From contig JBHGNT010000006.1 in assembly GCA_043228905.1 (NCBI GenBank), positions 23,002,001 to 23,066,000 on the forward strand: DNA of 64,000 nt, written 5' to 3'. The notes under the pieces were generated by a model, which saw nothing but the letters and a program-made list of their open reading frames with translations, ran no database searches and had not been told where the DNA came from. Below are positions 25,457 to 38,284 of this stretch, piece by piece (the stretch's first letter is position 1; each line of letters starts with the position of its first letter). The translations under genes and the position numbers were made by a program. The DNA comes from Azolla caroliniana (Eukaryota > Plantae > Polypodiophyta).

Positions 25457-26145
25457 TGTCGGTGGAATGGAAACATCTAGAGTAGTTGTGGAGTGGAGAT
25501 TAATAGAACTATTAAAATACGAACACATAAAACAAGACACTACTAGACGAGCTCCATCATCTCATTGAAAAGGAGAGGTTGTGGAGTGAAAAAGACATAT
25601 CGAGCCTTCTGCATCTCGAAGCTACTTTAATGGAGCTAACGAGTGTTACCCGTATAGGTGCATGGGAGGGTTAAGGTGTAATGTGTATGGTGTGTAATGT
25701 GTAACATGAATGAGTGTGTGAGGATGAGTATGTGTATGAACACATGCACATTTGTGTGCATGTGTACAAAGGTGAGAAAGTGGGTAAGTAATGTAACTCC
25801 CTACTTATCTCATTCTTTCTTTGTAACGGTTACCTCTTGTACTATATAAACCCCACCCATGGGGCATAATGTAGGAGCTTTTTCCCCTCTCATTTTATTG
25901 TCATTTCTTTGTTTCACTCTCCTTCTCTTTCCCTCACACGTAACCCCCCTTGGGAGGGGGGTGGAGCCATTCTAGGCTTCATCCCCCACCCATTAACGAG
26001 GTTCCATACTATAGCACCATTGCTTATTCCGCATGGATCTACACAACCATGTGAAGTCGCCACCTTCTATTTTTAAAAAGAGAAGGTCTCTCTCTCTCTA
26101 TATAGACCCAAACTCTTCAGAGGACATAGTGGATTTCCGACTACA
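25457..26145 (+). mobile_element. Possible old solo LTR
   Basis: TGTCGG start, TG-rich U3-like tract, CTATATAAA at about 25842, then CT-rich sequence. Right end and TSD not resolved. Confidence 0.3.
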
Positions 26146-26599
26146 AGGTTCTCTCAATTTAAATAAAGATCTTAAATGTCATAACTTTCAATTATTGTCA
26201 TTGGTCGTGGGAAGGCGTGCTTGCCTTGTGATGAATCTTGGCCTCCATATTATGAATGAACTTGGAACTTATAAACTACAACAATTCATTATCTTATATC
26301 AAAAGTCGTTGCTAGAAAGTGACTTGATTAGAGATCAGAGTGTATGATATTAACATCTATGTATTATCAATAAGTATTACTATAAATTATATATTGCATG
26401 TAGTGGTAGTTGATTTGTCGTTTGCACCAAGAGGTGTTATTCTGATCAGGAGAATGATGTCACATGGCCTTAATATAGTGTATGGATTATGATCTGGTTA
26501 TTGGACTAGCATTTGCCAAAATTATTCACACATACTCAACCAAATTCCAATACTGTTGACAATTGTTGCTCCTTGCCACTAGGTCAAGGATGTTGACAG

Positions 26600-28053
26600 G
26601 AATTAAATGACTAGAACACATGCTATTGCTCACATGACATGTCCAAGAGAGACCAAAAGATCATCTACTCTTCCTTTGTTATGGATAATGCCCAGTCTTG
26701 GTTGCGAAGAGATGACTCGCCCTACAATATCATTAAATACCGAAATGTAGACTTTCTAGAGTCAATCTGCTAGCCACGTTTCAAACTCCATATCCAAGTT
26801 TTGTTATCACAAAATCTTAAAAAACTTTAGAGGCGCCTCACAAATATGGTAGAATCCATTTCATTGCTTGCCAAGTATCTTTCTATGATTAGACAGAAAA
26901 TGAATTAAGACACCAAATTCATGATCAATGTCAAGCCTCATGCACACCTTAGCATACAACAAATTGAGAAGTCCAAGAAAATGTGGTATATGTCTCATTT
27001 CTTCTTGACCTTTCTCATTTGTAGGGCACTATTCATACAAAGTTTAAAGTGACCAATGACTAGAGCATTGATTGAATCTCTCACGAACTTTTTGAATGTG
27101 TTTTTCTGACATAGCCAAAAGTTTCCTATTTGTTCTATTCTTGGTTATCTTCGTACCAAGGATTCACTTAGTTGGTTTGAAGTTCTTTATAGAAAAATAT
27201 TTCTTAAGATCTCTCTTCAATTTCTCAATTTGGTTGGTATCTTGACAACCAACTAACATCTCATCTGCATACAAGAGTAGAATGATGAGATCACCATCGG
27301 ACAATATCGTGAAGAACACACAATGGTTTGAGCTAGTCTTGTTGTACCTATGTTCTAACATAAATGAGTCAATGTCTAACACAATATAACGTCACCTTTA
27401 GCCCACACACAAGGTTTTCTTTTCCTTTGACTCGAAACCCCACATGTTATTTAGTAAATTTCTTCTTTCAAATCATCATGAAGGAAAGTGGTCCTCATAT
27501 CTGTTGGCATTCCCTTCAATATCTAGTTGTTTAATTTCTAGATTTAAATTGGTTGCAATCCCAAATGCAACACTAATTGAAGATTGCTTGGCAATTGATG
27601 AGAATATTTCCTCGAAACAACACCCTTTCTTGATTGAACCCCTTCATAACTAATATTCCCTTGTATGATGCTTGTAAGCAATGTTCCTCAATCTTCAGCA
27701 TGTAAACCAATTGGTTTTTATAACTTTTCTACCATTAGGTAGGTTTATCAAGTTGTACATGTGATTATCTTGGAAGACTTTCCCTTATTAGTGAAGACCT
27801 CAAACCATGTGTTTATTTGATCATGGATCATAGTTTGTCTAAAGATCTCTAGGTATCCAAAAGTGAAATCTGATAATTCACTCATCTTTAGATCTTGTAA
27901 ATTCTGATCCTCAAGGAATACTACATTATTGCTTCTTATAACCTTTTTATTTGTTGGGTCATATAATGGGAGCCAAACCCTTCAGGACCATATCCGAAGA
28001 AGATAAATGGTTTGCACTTGTATCACGCTTGGATCTTTCCTCTTTTACGATGT
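26600..28053 (-). mobile_element. Decayed copia RT/integrase relic (copy B)
   Basis: HCVFF...DLIILLLYADEMLV...KYFSIKNF; similar to 6236-6550. Confidence 0.65.
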
Positions 28054-28582
28054 TGTTGAGCGGGCAAGCTTAGCCGTATCCGGATCGGCTCACTAAGCCA
28101 GAGTTGGATCATATCTGGATCGGTATCCAGATCATATCCGGAATGAAGGGGCTGAATTGGTATCCGGAACTAGTAGTCGGATGGTGGTCTAGGTCAATAT
28201 GAACTGGTAGGCCATTAGAGGCCTATGAATCTTAGCCTAGTACGTAGGCATATTTCTTGGAGTTGGTGTAAGTCGTTTGTATGAGCATTGAAGTACATGT
28301 CAGTACTTCTGTCATTTGTTTTCAGGACTTGTATAAAAAGTGTTTTGTAGGACATTTGTATGTACAAAGTGTTGTTATTTTGAAATGAGTCTATGTTCTA
28401 CTCTCTTTGTCTCTCCCGCGTATTGTGTATTTTCAAGCTTCCATGTCGTACAAAGAGGGAAGCTCATGAACGTGTTCCACGTCCTGACAATAACAAAGAA
28501 CCTCGTGTTGGTTGGATAGATCGTCGACTAGGGGATGCAAGTACGGCTCACGCATTTTGGGTGGTTCATCGAGGAAGAGGGC
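28054..28582 (+). mobile_element. Truncated copia LTR (28054-28442) plus an internal fragment, inverted relative to the LTR at 39909-40325
   Basis: TGTTGAGCGGGCAAG... matches the reverse complement of 40325-39970; 28443-28582 matches the reverse complement of about 38600-38735. Confidence 0.8.
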
Positions 28583-29292
28583 TAAGTCGGTTCCTTCGTG
28601 TCGGTGTCAACATCCGATTCCTTCTTGTCCCCTTGGCCTTCAATAGATCTGGCTCCTCCGAATCAAACTGTTGAAATGCATTGGCTGCCTCCAATTCGTT
28701 CCCGCTCTTGTCCGAGTTGGTTGTCTCCAACCCTTCTTCAATCTTCAGGCCCTTTATAACATCGAACCGTGTCCATGGCTTGGCCTTCTTCTTTTGGTTG
28801 GCTATGTCCTTCTTGACTCTACCATTGTCGCTGCTTGTTCCGACTCTTTCAAATGTGCCGACTTCTTCAGTCAACTCAGCTTTCTTTTTCCTCTTGTCTT
28901 CCTCTGTTTCAATTTTTTCCTCTCCGACTGCTTCTCTAGTGTCATTACCTGTTCCAACTCACCCTCTCAAGTGTGGTATGTGGAGATGATGTAGCCCAAG
29001 TATCTCCGAAAAATGTGGCAACTTGTCCAATCCGAGGGGCTTTGTTGAAGACATCGATGATCCATTCGAACATACCAGAGCTCCATTTCACCACTCAGGA
29101 CTGGCTCGCGCACGAAGTGAAAATGCACCTCTTTGTGTTTTGTGCGAGCATGGAATACGAGGTTCTTAGCGAGCTACATGCTACTCATGTTTTCGCAATA
29201 GATCAGGATCAGAGTCAGTACTTCAATTCGGAGGTCTTATAGCAGTCGTTGTCGCGAAAATATGACAAGGATATGTGAACTTGAGGCAGGAC

Positions 29293-30554
29293 CCTAGGGC
29301 CTTCGACCAGAGGATATCACATTCGTGCGTTTATACTTTAAGAATTAACAAAAATGAGAAAATTTAATAAATTTCATTAAAAAAGGAAAAGAAATATTAC
29401 AATCTATCCCAAGATTGGGATTTAGAAGTTTTAGGTTTACTGAGATTAATAGAAAAGAAAAATTAGGGGTTCTGAGAGATAGGGCTTCCGTAGGGAAAAT
29501 TAGGGTTTTTGAGTGTTATGGCTTCCGTAGGGAAAATTAGAATTAGGTTATGCGAGAGATATTGCTTCCATAGGGAAAATTAGAGGTTTTGAGTGTTATG
29601 GCTTCCGTAGGGAAAATTTGGGTTTTTGAGTGTTATGGCTCTAATAAGATAAGGGAGCCGAGAAGGAAAAGAAAAAATATGGAGAGAGGAAGAGTGTAGG
29701 AATAAAAATGGAATTTATATGGGTTTCTTTGTTCATCCCTCTTTTGATATTCCTTTGCCTTCCCACTTTTAGTTGCATGGCCTCCCTCTTTTCTTTGCAT
29801 GCCTTTCACATGACCTTTACTTTATGCATGCCCTCCAACTTGAGTTGCATGCGTCCTTTACTTTACTTTACTTTACTTTAATTCGCCGCATGATCCTATC
29901 ATCCATCCATCTCGACCATCGCCCATCCAATCCATCCAGTCCGCATCTGGTTTCCGTTCCGTCATTGTCTGGTTGTCTATTGCCAGCTCCGTCCGATTGC
30001 CGGCTGCCGGCTCTGTCTGGTTTCCGGTTTTTGGTTGCCGGTTGTCGGCTCCGTCGGATAGGTCGCCGGTTGCCAGTTCCGTCGCCATCCGGTTCCAGTT
30101 CCCAACTACATCGCCAACTCCATCAAATTTCCGGTTGCTGGTTCCATCCAATTTTCGGTTCCCAACTTTGTTGCTATTTCTATCTGGTCGCCGGCTCCAT
30201 CCAGTTTCCGATTGCCGGCTCCATCGGGTCACATTTGTCCATGTAGACAAATTGGTCCAAGTCCAATCATTCCTTTTGTGCTCTCAACAAATAGATGAAA
30301 ACTCATGGTTCTCAATCTGCTTGTATAGATGGATCCTAAAGTTTCCTATCTATGTGGGATATTTCACAATTCTATTTTCCTTATCTTCTCAAACTTCATA
30401 TTCACATATCTTGATACTTATTTATCCGTTTCATGTGTAGTAAAACGTGTTATGAAGCTCTTGAAGATATCTATCTTCCCATATCATTACATTAAGCTAA
30501 TCTTAAATAATTATTTTACTAGTTTTCATATCGTGTGTGAAAAACCACACAACA
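29293..30554 (-). mobile_element. Truncated long LTR-like insertion in copia RNase H
   Basis: Minus strand begins TGTTGTGTGG right after the ...AIWLRQ codons; CCGG-rich repeats 29940-30230; TATA near 29718; about 38-bp tandem repeats 29480-29640. Confidence 0.55.
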
Positions 30555-32916
30555 TTGCCGAAGCCAGATGGCTTCACAGGTGGTGACAGTAGCGCCCCGG
30601 TACTTAGCCTCAGTGCTCGACAGAGCCATTGTTGGCTGCTCAATGCAACAACCGCAATACGAAGAGAGAACGTGTAACCTGAAGTGGACAGACGATCCGA
30701 TGCGTCATCGGTCTAGTCGGCATCTATGTAACCGACTAGTTGTTCAGTTATACCGTGTCTATATAACAGTCCCCTATCCTTCGTGCCACTCAAATATTGC
30801 AATAGTCGATGCACGCACTGAAGGTGCTCGATAGTCGGCCTCTACATAAACTGACTTATCACTCCGATTGAATAGCTGATGTCGTGTCGGGTGATAGTTA
30901 AATAGATGAGGCTTCCGACAATTTGTCTGAACCGTCTCTCGTTGCAAGCCAGTCCGGAGTCGGGATGAAGCTTTTGGTTTCGGTCCAGGGGTATTGAGAG
31001 CGGTCGACATTTGGTCATGCCAAACTTGTACAACATATTGAGCAAATAATGTCGTTGTGAGAGAAATATTCCGTTAGGGGTATGGATCACTTTGATCACG
31101 AGGAAGTAATGAAGGTCCCTTAGGTCCTTCATTTCGAATGCATCTGACAATTGAGACTTCACTCGACCGATTTCAGTGAGTCCGGGTCCGGTGATGACTA
31201 AATCATCGACATATAACAAGATACATATCGAACATTCTGGACCTTTTTGGATAAACAATGAAGAGTCGGATTTAGATGGAGCAAACCCCATACGACGCAA
31301 TATTTGCGTGGGCTTTGCATTCCAAGCACGTGGGGCTTGCTTCAATCCATATAGTGACTTCTTCAACCTTTTGATGTGTTCCAGTCTGAGAGAAATCCGG
31401 GGGGTTGAACCATGTACAAATGTTCCTCAAGGTCACCTTGCATGAACGTGTTCTTGACATCCATTTGATGCAAATGCCACCCCTTTGTTGTTGCTACCTC
31501 AAGCAAAATACGGATTGTTGTCTTCTTCACTACCGGAGCAAAGGTCGCTTCGTAGTCAATAAGATGTTTTTTGGCATAGCCCTTGGCCACTAATCGGGCC
31601 ATGTATTAGGTGACGGCGCCATTGGCGTTGTATTTGACCTTGTACACCCACTGACATCTGATTGGATTCACACCCTTGGAGGCATCAAACAGGTCCCATG
31701 TCTCATTCTCTGTTAACGCTCACATCTCTTCTTCCATAGCGGTCCCTGTTCGCATCCTTTGCCGCTTCTACATAGCTCTCCGGCTCAGGCACTTCTGCCA
31801 CTTTAATCATGTACACATAGTGATGCGCCATGAACTCATTATATCTATACCTCTTTACAGGGTTCTTCTAGCTGGGAGATTGGCGTAACTTCTCATTTGC
31901 TGATTTTAAGGCCCTCTTGGCCGACTCGAACTTCGTTTTCGAAGGTTCTTCTTCGTGCTTTCCGGAGGTGGATTCTATCCAATCCGACTCATCTCTACCG
32001 ATGTCATATTCTGAAATCTTCTTCTTCCCCTTCTCCTTGCACGTGAATCCTCTCCTCAGTTCCTTACGTGGGGAGAGCACGGTCGAGTCTCCACTACTCG
32101 CTGCCTCGTTGTCCGACTGGTCATTCCGGTCCAATCTCTCATTCGGCCCACTTAGCCGGAATGAAATTAGACTCTTTTCCATAGTACCGAATTCTTCTTC
32201 TTCTTCAGCCCCGATCGTTTCGGACTCACTGGCCTCATCTTCCGGAATCGGGTTGGAGTCGGGAGTTGGAGTCGGTAAAGAGTACCATCATGCATAATCA
32301 TTGAAGTCAACATCTCAGCTTACTCGAACTTGTTTTGTTCGGGTATTATAACACTTATAACCCTTCTGTTCGTGTGAGTAGCTGACCAATATGCACTTCT
32401 CCGTTTCTCATCCCGTACATGCACATAGGCTATGCTACCAAAAATCCTAAGGTGCCTTAAATTTGTGGCTAACACCTTCTCCCCAATCCGGTTTTGGATG
32501 TAGACGGTCATCAGGACCGCCTCAGCCCAGTAGAACTTGGGCATGCTTTTCTCCACAAACATCGCCTGTGCTGCGTTGCGAATCAACTGGTTCTTCCGCT
32601 CGGCCACACCATTTTGTTCCGGTGTGTATCTGCAATTGAATTCTCTCCAAATTCCCTTATGTTGTAGATAATTGTTGAACTGGCCGGAAAAATACTCTTT
32701 TCCACCATCCGACCGCATGCCCTTGATCTTCGTTTCGGTTTCCCATTCGACAAGACTTTGTAAGTTCTAGAAACAATCGAAAACTTCGCGTTTCCTAGAA
32801 ACAATCAAAAACTTTGATTAGGTAGATACTAGATCCACGTGTGTCGGTTGTAGTCGTCCATGAAGGAGACAAAATATCGACTCCCCCCAAGCCTGACGTT
32901 CTGTGCCAGTCCCCCA

Positions 32917-33082
32917 TGTCGAATACATGTGTATAATGGACGTATTCACACTATCTCGTTTTGGCCATTTATGTAATTAGCATAAAGGGTAGTTGCCCTA
33001 AGTCAGTCACTATATATAGTGACCTTATAACCTCTTTGTGAGGTTGGATGTTGTATTGTTGCTTTGTGAAATAAAGAGTCTT

Positions 33083-33122
<40 letters not shown>

Positions 33123-36100
33123 AACGACCTACATTCTGTCATACGCAGGGACAAACAGGAATCGAGTGCTTCTTGATCTTCCGCAAAGACGACATTGCCT
33201 GCAACATCTGGTATCAGAGCCTGCACAGTAGTCGGTCCTTCAATCCGCTGTCGGCCGTCGTCTCTGCATTCGGTTTCCTACGTCATTCGAAGAAGAGAGA
33301 AGAAGAAGAGAAACCAGGTTTGCATCTCATCGCGTTAGATCATCTTGCTTGGAGTAAGCCATCAGGTTGTACTCTGTTCCTTGTGATCGTAACCGCTCGA
33401 GGTGAAATCCCCTTGTGCAACTTTGACAATAACCCAAATTCGCGCTTCATCTGGCTGATCGACATTCGGGAGGATCAGTCGGATCCGTCTCTCTCGTCGC
33501 TGCAGTCACCCGAAGCCGAATCGGTCCAGATAATCGGTTTCAATAATCGGTATTCGGCATATATATCCGAAGCGAACCAGGCTCACTCCGACTCGGCATC
33601 ATTCGGGAAGACCAGTCGGTTCTGTCCCTCAAGCTACCGGAGTCAATTCGAGCAAGTTCCGAAGCCGAACCGACTCGGGTTCAAATCCGACTAGAGCGAT
33701 ATCGGGTGAGCCAACCGGCTGCACTCCAACAAGGCTCGTAGTCAACTCCGAACCGAGCTTCGTCAACCGAAACCGAACTTGATGGCATCAACATCCGGCT
33801 CGTCAGAAATGAGTCTACGAAAGTTCGATGGATCGAACTTCAACTTCTGGAAGGAGCAAATGCAGGACTATCTCATAGTCAAGGGGCAAATCGATCCCAT
33901 CGAAAATGAAGAACCTCCAGAAGGATACAAACCAATCGAGTGGCAGAAGCTGGACAGAATCGTCCGCGCCACGATTCGGATGCACCTATCGGAATCGGTA
34001 TATTTTACGGTGCAATCGTGTACGACAGCATTCGAACTATGGAAAACACTGTCGGACACTTACGAAAAGAAGGTCGCCGCAACGAAGATGTTTCTGATCC
34101 GGCGCCTCTACAACTTGCGGATGAAAGAATCCGACTCGGTTCAAGCACACCTCAATGAGTACGAAAGCATAAGCTCCCAAATCTCGTCACAGGGGACGGC
34201 AATCGAGGATGAACTCAGAGCAATGATACTCATGAGCAGCCTTCCCTCGTCATGGGAAACTTTCGTCACAACCGTGTGCAACGCGTCAACCACGGCTGTT
34301 AAATACTCCGAAGTCACGAGCGCAATCCTGACCAAAGCAGCTCGGAGAAAGTCTTTCGCCAAAGACTCAACAGACGACGCTTATGTAGTACAAGGTTCGA
34401 CAGACCGATCGAACATACGAGGAAGAGATTCCTCACGACCGCCGAACAATCAGCGAAGACGGAGCCAGTCACGGGATAACCAAATCTGCAACTATTGCAA
34501 GAAACCCGGACACATCAAAGCCGACTGCCGCGCACTCAAGAACAAAAACAACAAGAAGAGTGGCCGGCATGAGGAGATCAATTACGTCAGCTTCTCAGCT
34601 GATGTACTTCCGGACGACCCGAATATACTATCAATCGAAAATCCAGTCGGATCAGAAGTTCTGCTCACGACTGAAGAATCGAGCACATGGCTCTTGGATT
34701 CGGGCGCGTCATTTCACGTGACTCCTCATCGATCCCAATTTCGGCAATATACGATCCGTCACTCCGACTCAGTTCGAGTCGGTAACTCGCAACACTGTGA
34801 CATCATCGGAATCGGCACAGTAGAGCTCAACCTTGCCGGTGGCTCAACACTTGTACTCCACAATGTCCGACATGTACCCGAGCTCTCAAGGCCATTGATC
34901 TCAGTCGGACAACTAGATGAAGACGGCATTCGTGCCGGTTTCTCTTCGGGAGGGTGGACACTCCACAGGGGGAACCTCCTGCTTGCTAGAGGACCCAAGA
35001 TACACTCATTGTATCCGTTACATGTTACGCTCAGAGAGGGTAACCTGTTTTTGGTGGATATTCCTGTGTCATCACTATGGCACCGAAGACTAGGACACCT
35101 CAGCAAGGCCGGCATCACGCACCTATCTAGAGCCGGATACATCCCCAAACTCTCCTTCTCCGACCATCAATTCTGCGAGCATTGCCAGTATGGCAAACAA
35201 GTAGCCGCATCACACCCGACATCAGCACCAAGAGAAACGAGACCTCTCGATTTAGTCCACTCGGACGTCTGTGGCCCAATGCCGCATCAGTCTCTTGGCG
35301 GTGCTTCTTACTTCGTCACTCTTATTGACGATTCGACTCGAAAGGTGTGGGCTTATCCAATTCGCACCAAAGATCGGGTCTTCTCGATCTTCTCCGATTG
35401 GCTCGCTATGGTAGAAAATCAAACCGGCCGAAAACTGAAATGCTTTCGGACCGACAATGGGGGAGAGTTTAAATCCGAAGAATTCGTCAAATTCTGCCGA
35501 CAACGCGGCATCCGACGTGAATTTACGGCACCACACAGTCCGGAGCAAAACGGGATTGCCGAACGCATGAATCGGACAATCCAAGAACGGATAGTTTCCA
35601 TGCTCCAACACTCCCGACTGTCGGATGGCTTCTGGGCAGAGGCTCTACTCACGGCAGTACACATAATCAATATGTCGCCAAGTAGACCTCTAGGACTTCA
35701 AATTCCTCAGGAACTATGGATCGGCAGTAAGCCGAATTACGACAAGCTGAGGATCTTCGGATGCGAGGCGTACGCCCTTATTCCGAAAGATGATCGCCGA
35801 AAACTTGCACCTCGGTCCAGGAAATGCATTTTCCTTGGATATGGATCCGACGGCGAAATGGGATACCGACTCTGGGACCCCGAACGCAGACAAATCGTTC
35901 GAAGTTCGGACGTTGTGTTCAACGAGTCGGCTATGAACCCATCAGTCGAAAAACCGACCGAAGTCCGAAGGGTAACATTTTCCGATGTGCCGACCCTTCA
36001 AGAAGGCCCCGCTCTCAACACACGGTCAGCTTCACGGGTAGCTGAACCTTACACTACCGACTCGGACAACTCCGACTCGGCACAGCCGAATGACTCGCTT

Positions 36101-38164
36101 TCGGACCATCCGACCACGACACCCGATGCGACCAGTCCAATCATACCTCGACGATCCGAGAGACTGTCGCAACCTCCGGAGAGGTATTCTCCTGGAATTT
36201 TCTTCACCGACGCCGGCGAACCGACGTCTTACGAAGAAGCATCGACATCTGTCGATTCCGCCACCTGGCATCTGGCGATGGAGTCGGAAATGCACTCCAT
36301 TCGGGCAAACAAGACTTGGGATCTGGTCGAATTACCTAGGAACCGACGTGCTCTTCCTTGCAAGTGGGTTTATCGACTAAAAGAGACGTCTGATTCGACC
36401 ACCCCAAAGTACAAGGCCAGATTAGTTGCGAAGGGCTTCCGACAAGAATATCGCGTCGACTTCGACGAGATTTTTTCACCAGTGGTGAAAATGACAACCC
36501 TTCGTTTTCTGCTCGGCGTCGTGGCCGCCGACAACTTGGAGCTGATTCAGCTAGATGTCAAAACAGCCTTCCTCCATGGTGATCTCGAGGAAGAAATTTA
36601 TATGGAGCAGCCGAAAGGCTTCGTGGCAACTGGCCAAGAACATCTAGTCTGCCGACTCAGGAAGAGTCTATACGGCCTCAAACAGGCACCACGACAATGG
36701 TACAAGAAGTTCGACGACTTCATCCAATCGATCGGCTTCTCCAAAAGCGATGAGGACCATTGTCTCTTCACCAACACAGCTCAAGATGGATCACCCATCT
36801 TCCTCATCATTTACGTGGACGACATGCTAATTTCTGGACGCCACGCGGGCGAACTTGCCGATCTCGTTCGGCAACTGCGGTTGAAGTTTGCCATGAAGGA
36901 CCTCGGTCCGGCACGACACATCCTTGGCATGAAGATTAGTCGGCATCGCGATAAACGACATCTTTTTTTGTCTCAGACCGACTATATCGGACGTGTCTTA
37001 GAACGCTTCAACATGCAATCAGCCAAATCTGCTTCAACCCCGCTCCCCATGAATCTTCGGCTCTCTCAGCGAGACTGCCCGACATCCGGTCCGGAGGGGG
37101 AAGATATGAAGTCGGTACCGTATGCACCGGCAGTCGGCTCCCTTATGTACCTGATGGTCGCGACACGGCCTGATATTTCTCACGCCGTAGGAGTCGTTAG
37201 CAGATTTATGCACAATCCTGGCCGATCGCATTGGAACGCAGTCAAGCATGTGTTCAGATATCTGGCTGGCACAAAAGACCACGGCATTCTTTTCGGTCCG
37301 AACCGAACCTCAGGCGTAGTCGGTTACACAGACTTGGACTTCGCCGGCTGTATAGACAGTCGGAAATCAACAACCGGATACTGCTTCAAATTCGGCAATG
37401 GAGCAATCTCGTGGAAGTCGAAACTTCCGGAATGCACAGCGACCTCAACGACCGAAGCAGAATATGTAGCTGCGTCCGACGCAGCAAAAGAAGCCTTATG
37501 GCTTGGTCGGCTGGCGCACACGTTTCGACAAGTCGACCATGACTCGGCTCCAGTTGTCTACAGCGACAGTCAAGGTGCTGTTGCCTTGTCGAAAAATCCG
37601 GTTCACCACAACGCCTCCAAGCATATCGACGTTCGATATCACTTCGTTCAGGACTGCGTCATTTCAGGGAAAATCGGTCTAGAGAAAATATCCACAACCG
37701 ACAATGTCGCAGATGGAATGACCAAGTGTCTTTCGGCAGACCGTTTTCGGTCTCTTCGGCATCAGATGGGCGTAACGACAAACCAGTCCGGTTAGAGCCG
37801 GACACAGAGCAGGATGGTTCCCGACAACCGACATCAGTTCCGTAATGATCGGCTTCAACTGTTCCGACCCGACCAGTTCGGTCTTCTGCCTTCGGACCCT
37901 GCCGACTCGAACAAAGCTGATATGTCCGAGAACCCAAGTCTATACCTGTAATCTTAGATAACCCATGTATACGCCCATTACGGGGGAGTGTCGAATACAT
38001 GTGTATAATGGACGTATTCACACTATCTCGTTTTGGCCATTTATGTAATTAGCATAAAGGGTAGTTGCCCTAAGTCAGTCACTATATATAGTGACCTTAT
38101 AACCTCTTTGTGAGGTTGGATGTTGTATTGTTGCTTTGTGAAATAAAGATTCTTGTGTGTGTGT

Positions 38165-38200
<36 letters not shown>

Positions 38201-38284
38201 AACGACCTACATTCTGTCATACGCAGGGACAAACAGGAATCGAGTGCTTCTTGATCTTCCGCAAAGACGACATTGCCTGCAACA
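32917..38284 (+). mobile_element. Young full-length Ty1/copia retrotransposon (LTRs 32917-33206 and 37989-38284)
   Basis: TSD CCCCA on both sides; PBS TGGTATCAGAGCC (iMet); PPT ACGGGGGAG. LTRs differ by one substitution plus microsatellite length. Confidence 0.97.
33782..37795 (+). CDS. Uninterrupted copia gag-pol polyprotein (about 1337 aa)
   Basis: CNYCKKPGHIKADC; WLLDSGAS; HSDVCGP, RTDNGGEF, QNGIAERMN; YVDDML; RNase H KHIDVRYHF. Confidence 0.95.
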   Translation: MASTSGSSEMSLRKFDGSNFNFWKEQMQDYLIVKGQIDPIENEEPPEGYKPIEWQKLDRIVRATIRMHLSESVYFTVQSCTTAFELWKTLSDTYEKKVAATKMFLIRRLYNLRMKESDSVQAHLNEYESISSQISSQGTAIEDELRAMILMSSLPSSWETFVTTVCNASTTAVKYSEVTSAILTKAARRKSFAKDSTDDAYVVQGSTDRSNIRGRDSSRPPNNQRRRSQSRDNQICNYCKKPGHIKADCRALKNKNNKKSGRHEEINYVSFSADVLPDDPNILSIENPVGSEVLLTTEESSTWLLDSGASFHVTPHRSQFRQYTIRHSDSVRVGNSQHCDIIGIGTVELNLAGGSTLVLHNVRHVPELSRPLISVGQLDEDGIRAGFSSGGWTLHRGNLLLARGPKIHSLYPLHVTLREGNLFLVDIPVSSLWHRRLGHLSKAGITHLSRAGYIPKLSFSDHQFCEHCQYGKQVAASHPTSAPRETRPLDLVHSDVCGPMPHQSLGGASYFVTLIDDSTRKVWAYPIRTKDRVFSIFSDWLAMVENQTGRKLKCFRTDNGGEFKSEEFVKFCRQRGIRREFTAPHSPEQNGIAERMNRTIQERIVSMLQHSRLSDGFWAEALLTAVHIINMSPSRPLGLQIPQELWIGSKPNYDKLRIFGCEAYALIPKDDRRKLAPRSRKCIFLGYGSDGEMGYRLWDPERRQIVRSSDVVFNESAMNPSVEKPTEVRRVTFSDVPTLQEGPALNTRSASRVAEPYTTDSDNSDSAQPNDSLSDHPTTTPDATSPIIPRRSERLSQPPERYSPGIFFTDAGEPTSYEEASTSVDSATWHLAMESEMHSIRANKTWDLVELPRNRRALPCKWVYRLKETSDSTTPKYKARLVAKGFRQEYRVDFDEIFSPVVKMTTLRFLLGVVAADNLELIQLDVKTAFLHGDLEEEIYMEQPKGFVATGQEHLVCRLRKSLYGLKQAPRQWYKKFDDFIQSIGFSKSDEDHCLFTNTAQDGSPIFLIIYVDDMLISGRHAGELADLVRQLRLKFAMKDLGPARHILGMKISRHRDKRHLFLSQTDYIGRVLERFNMQSAKSASTPLPMNLRLSQRDCPTSGPEGEDMKSVPYAPAVGSLMYLMVATRPDISHAVGVVSRFMHNPGRSHWNAVKHVFRYLAGTKDHGILFGPNRTSGVVGYTDLDFAGCIDSRKSTTGYCFKFGNGAISWKSKLPECTATSTTEAEYVAASDAAKEALWLGRLAHTFRQVDHDSAPVVYSDSQGAVALSKNPVHHNASKHIDVRYHFVQDCVISGKIGLEKISTTDNVADGMTKCLSADRFRSLRHQMGVTTNQSG

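Noticed and set aside
29460-29640. TTAGGG-containing repeats as interstitial telomere
   Set aside because: They are single TAGGGTTT words within 38-bp LTR tandem units, not a telomeric array.
33038-33694. 218-aa ORF upstream of the copia polyprotein
   Set aside because: It starts at a non-ATG codon inside the LTR, runs through a microsatellite and the PBS, and has no motifs.
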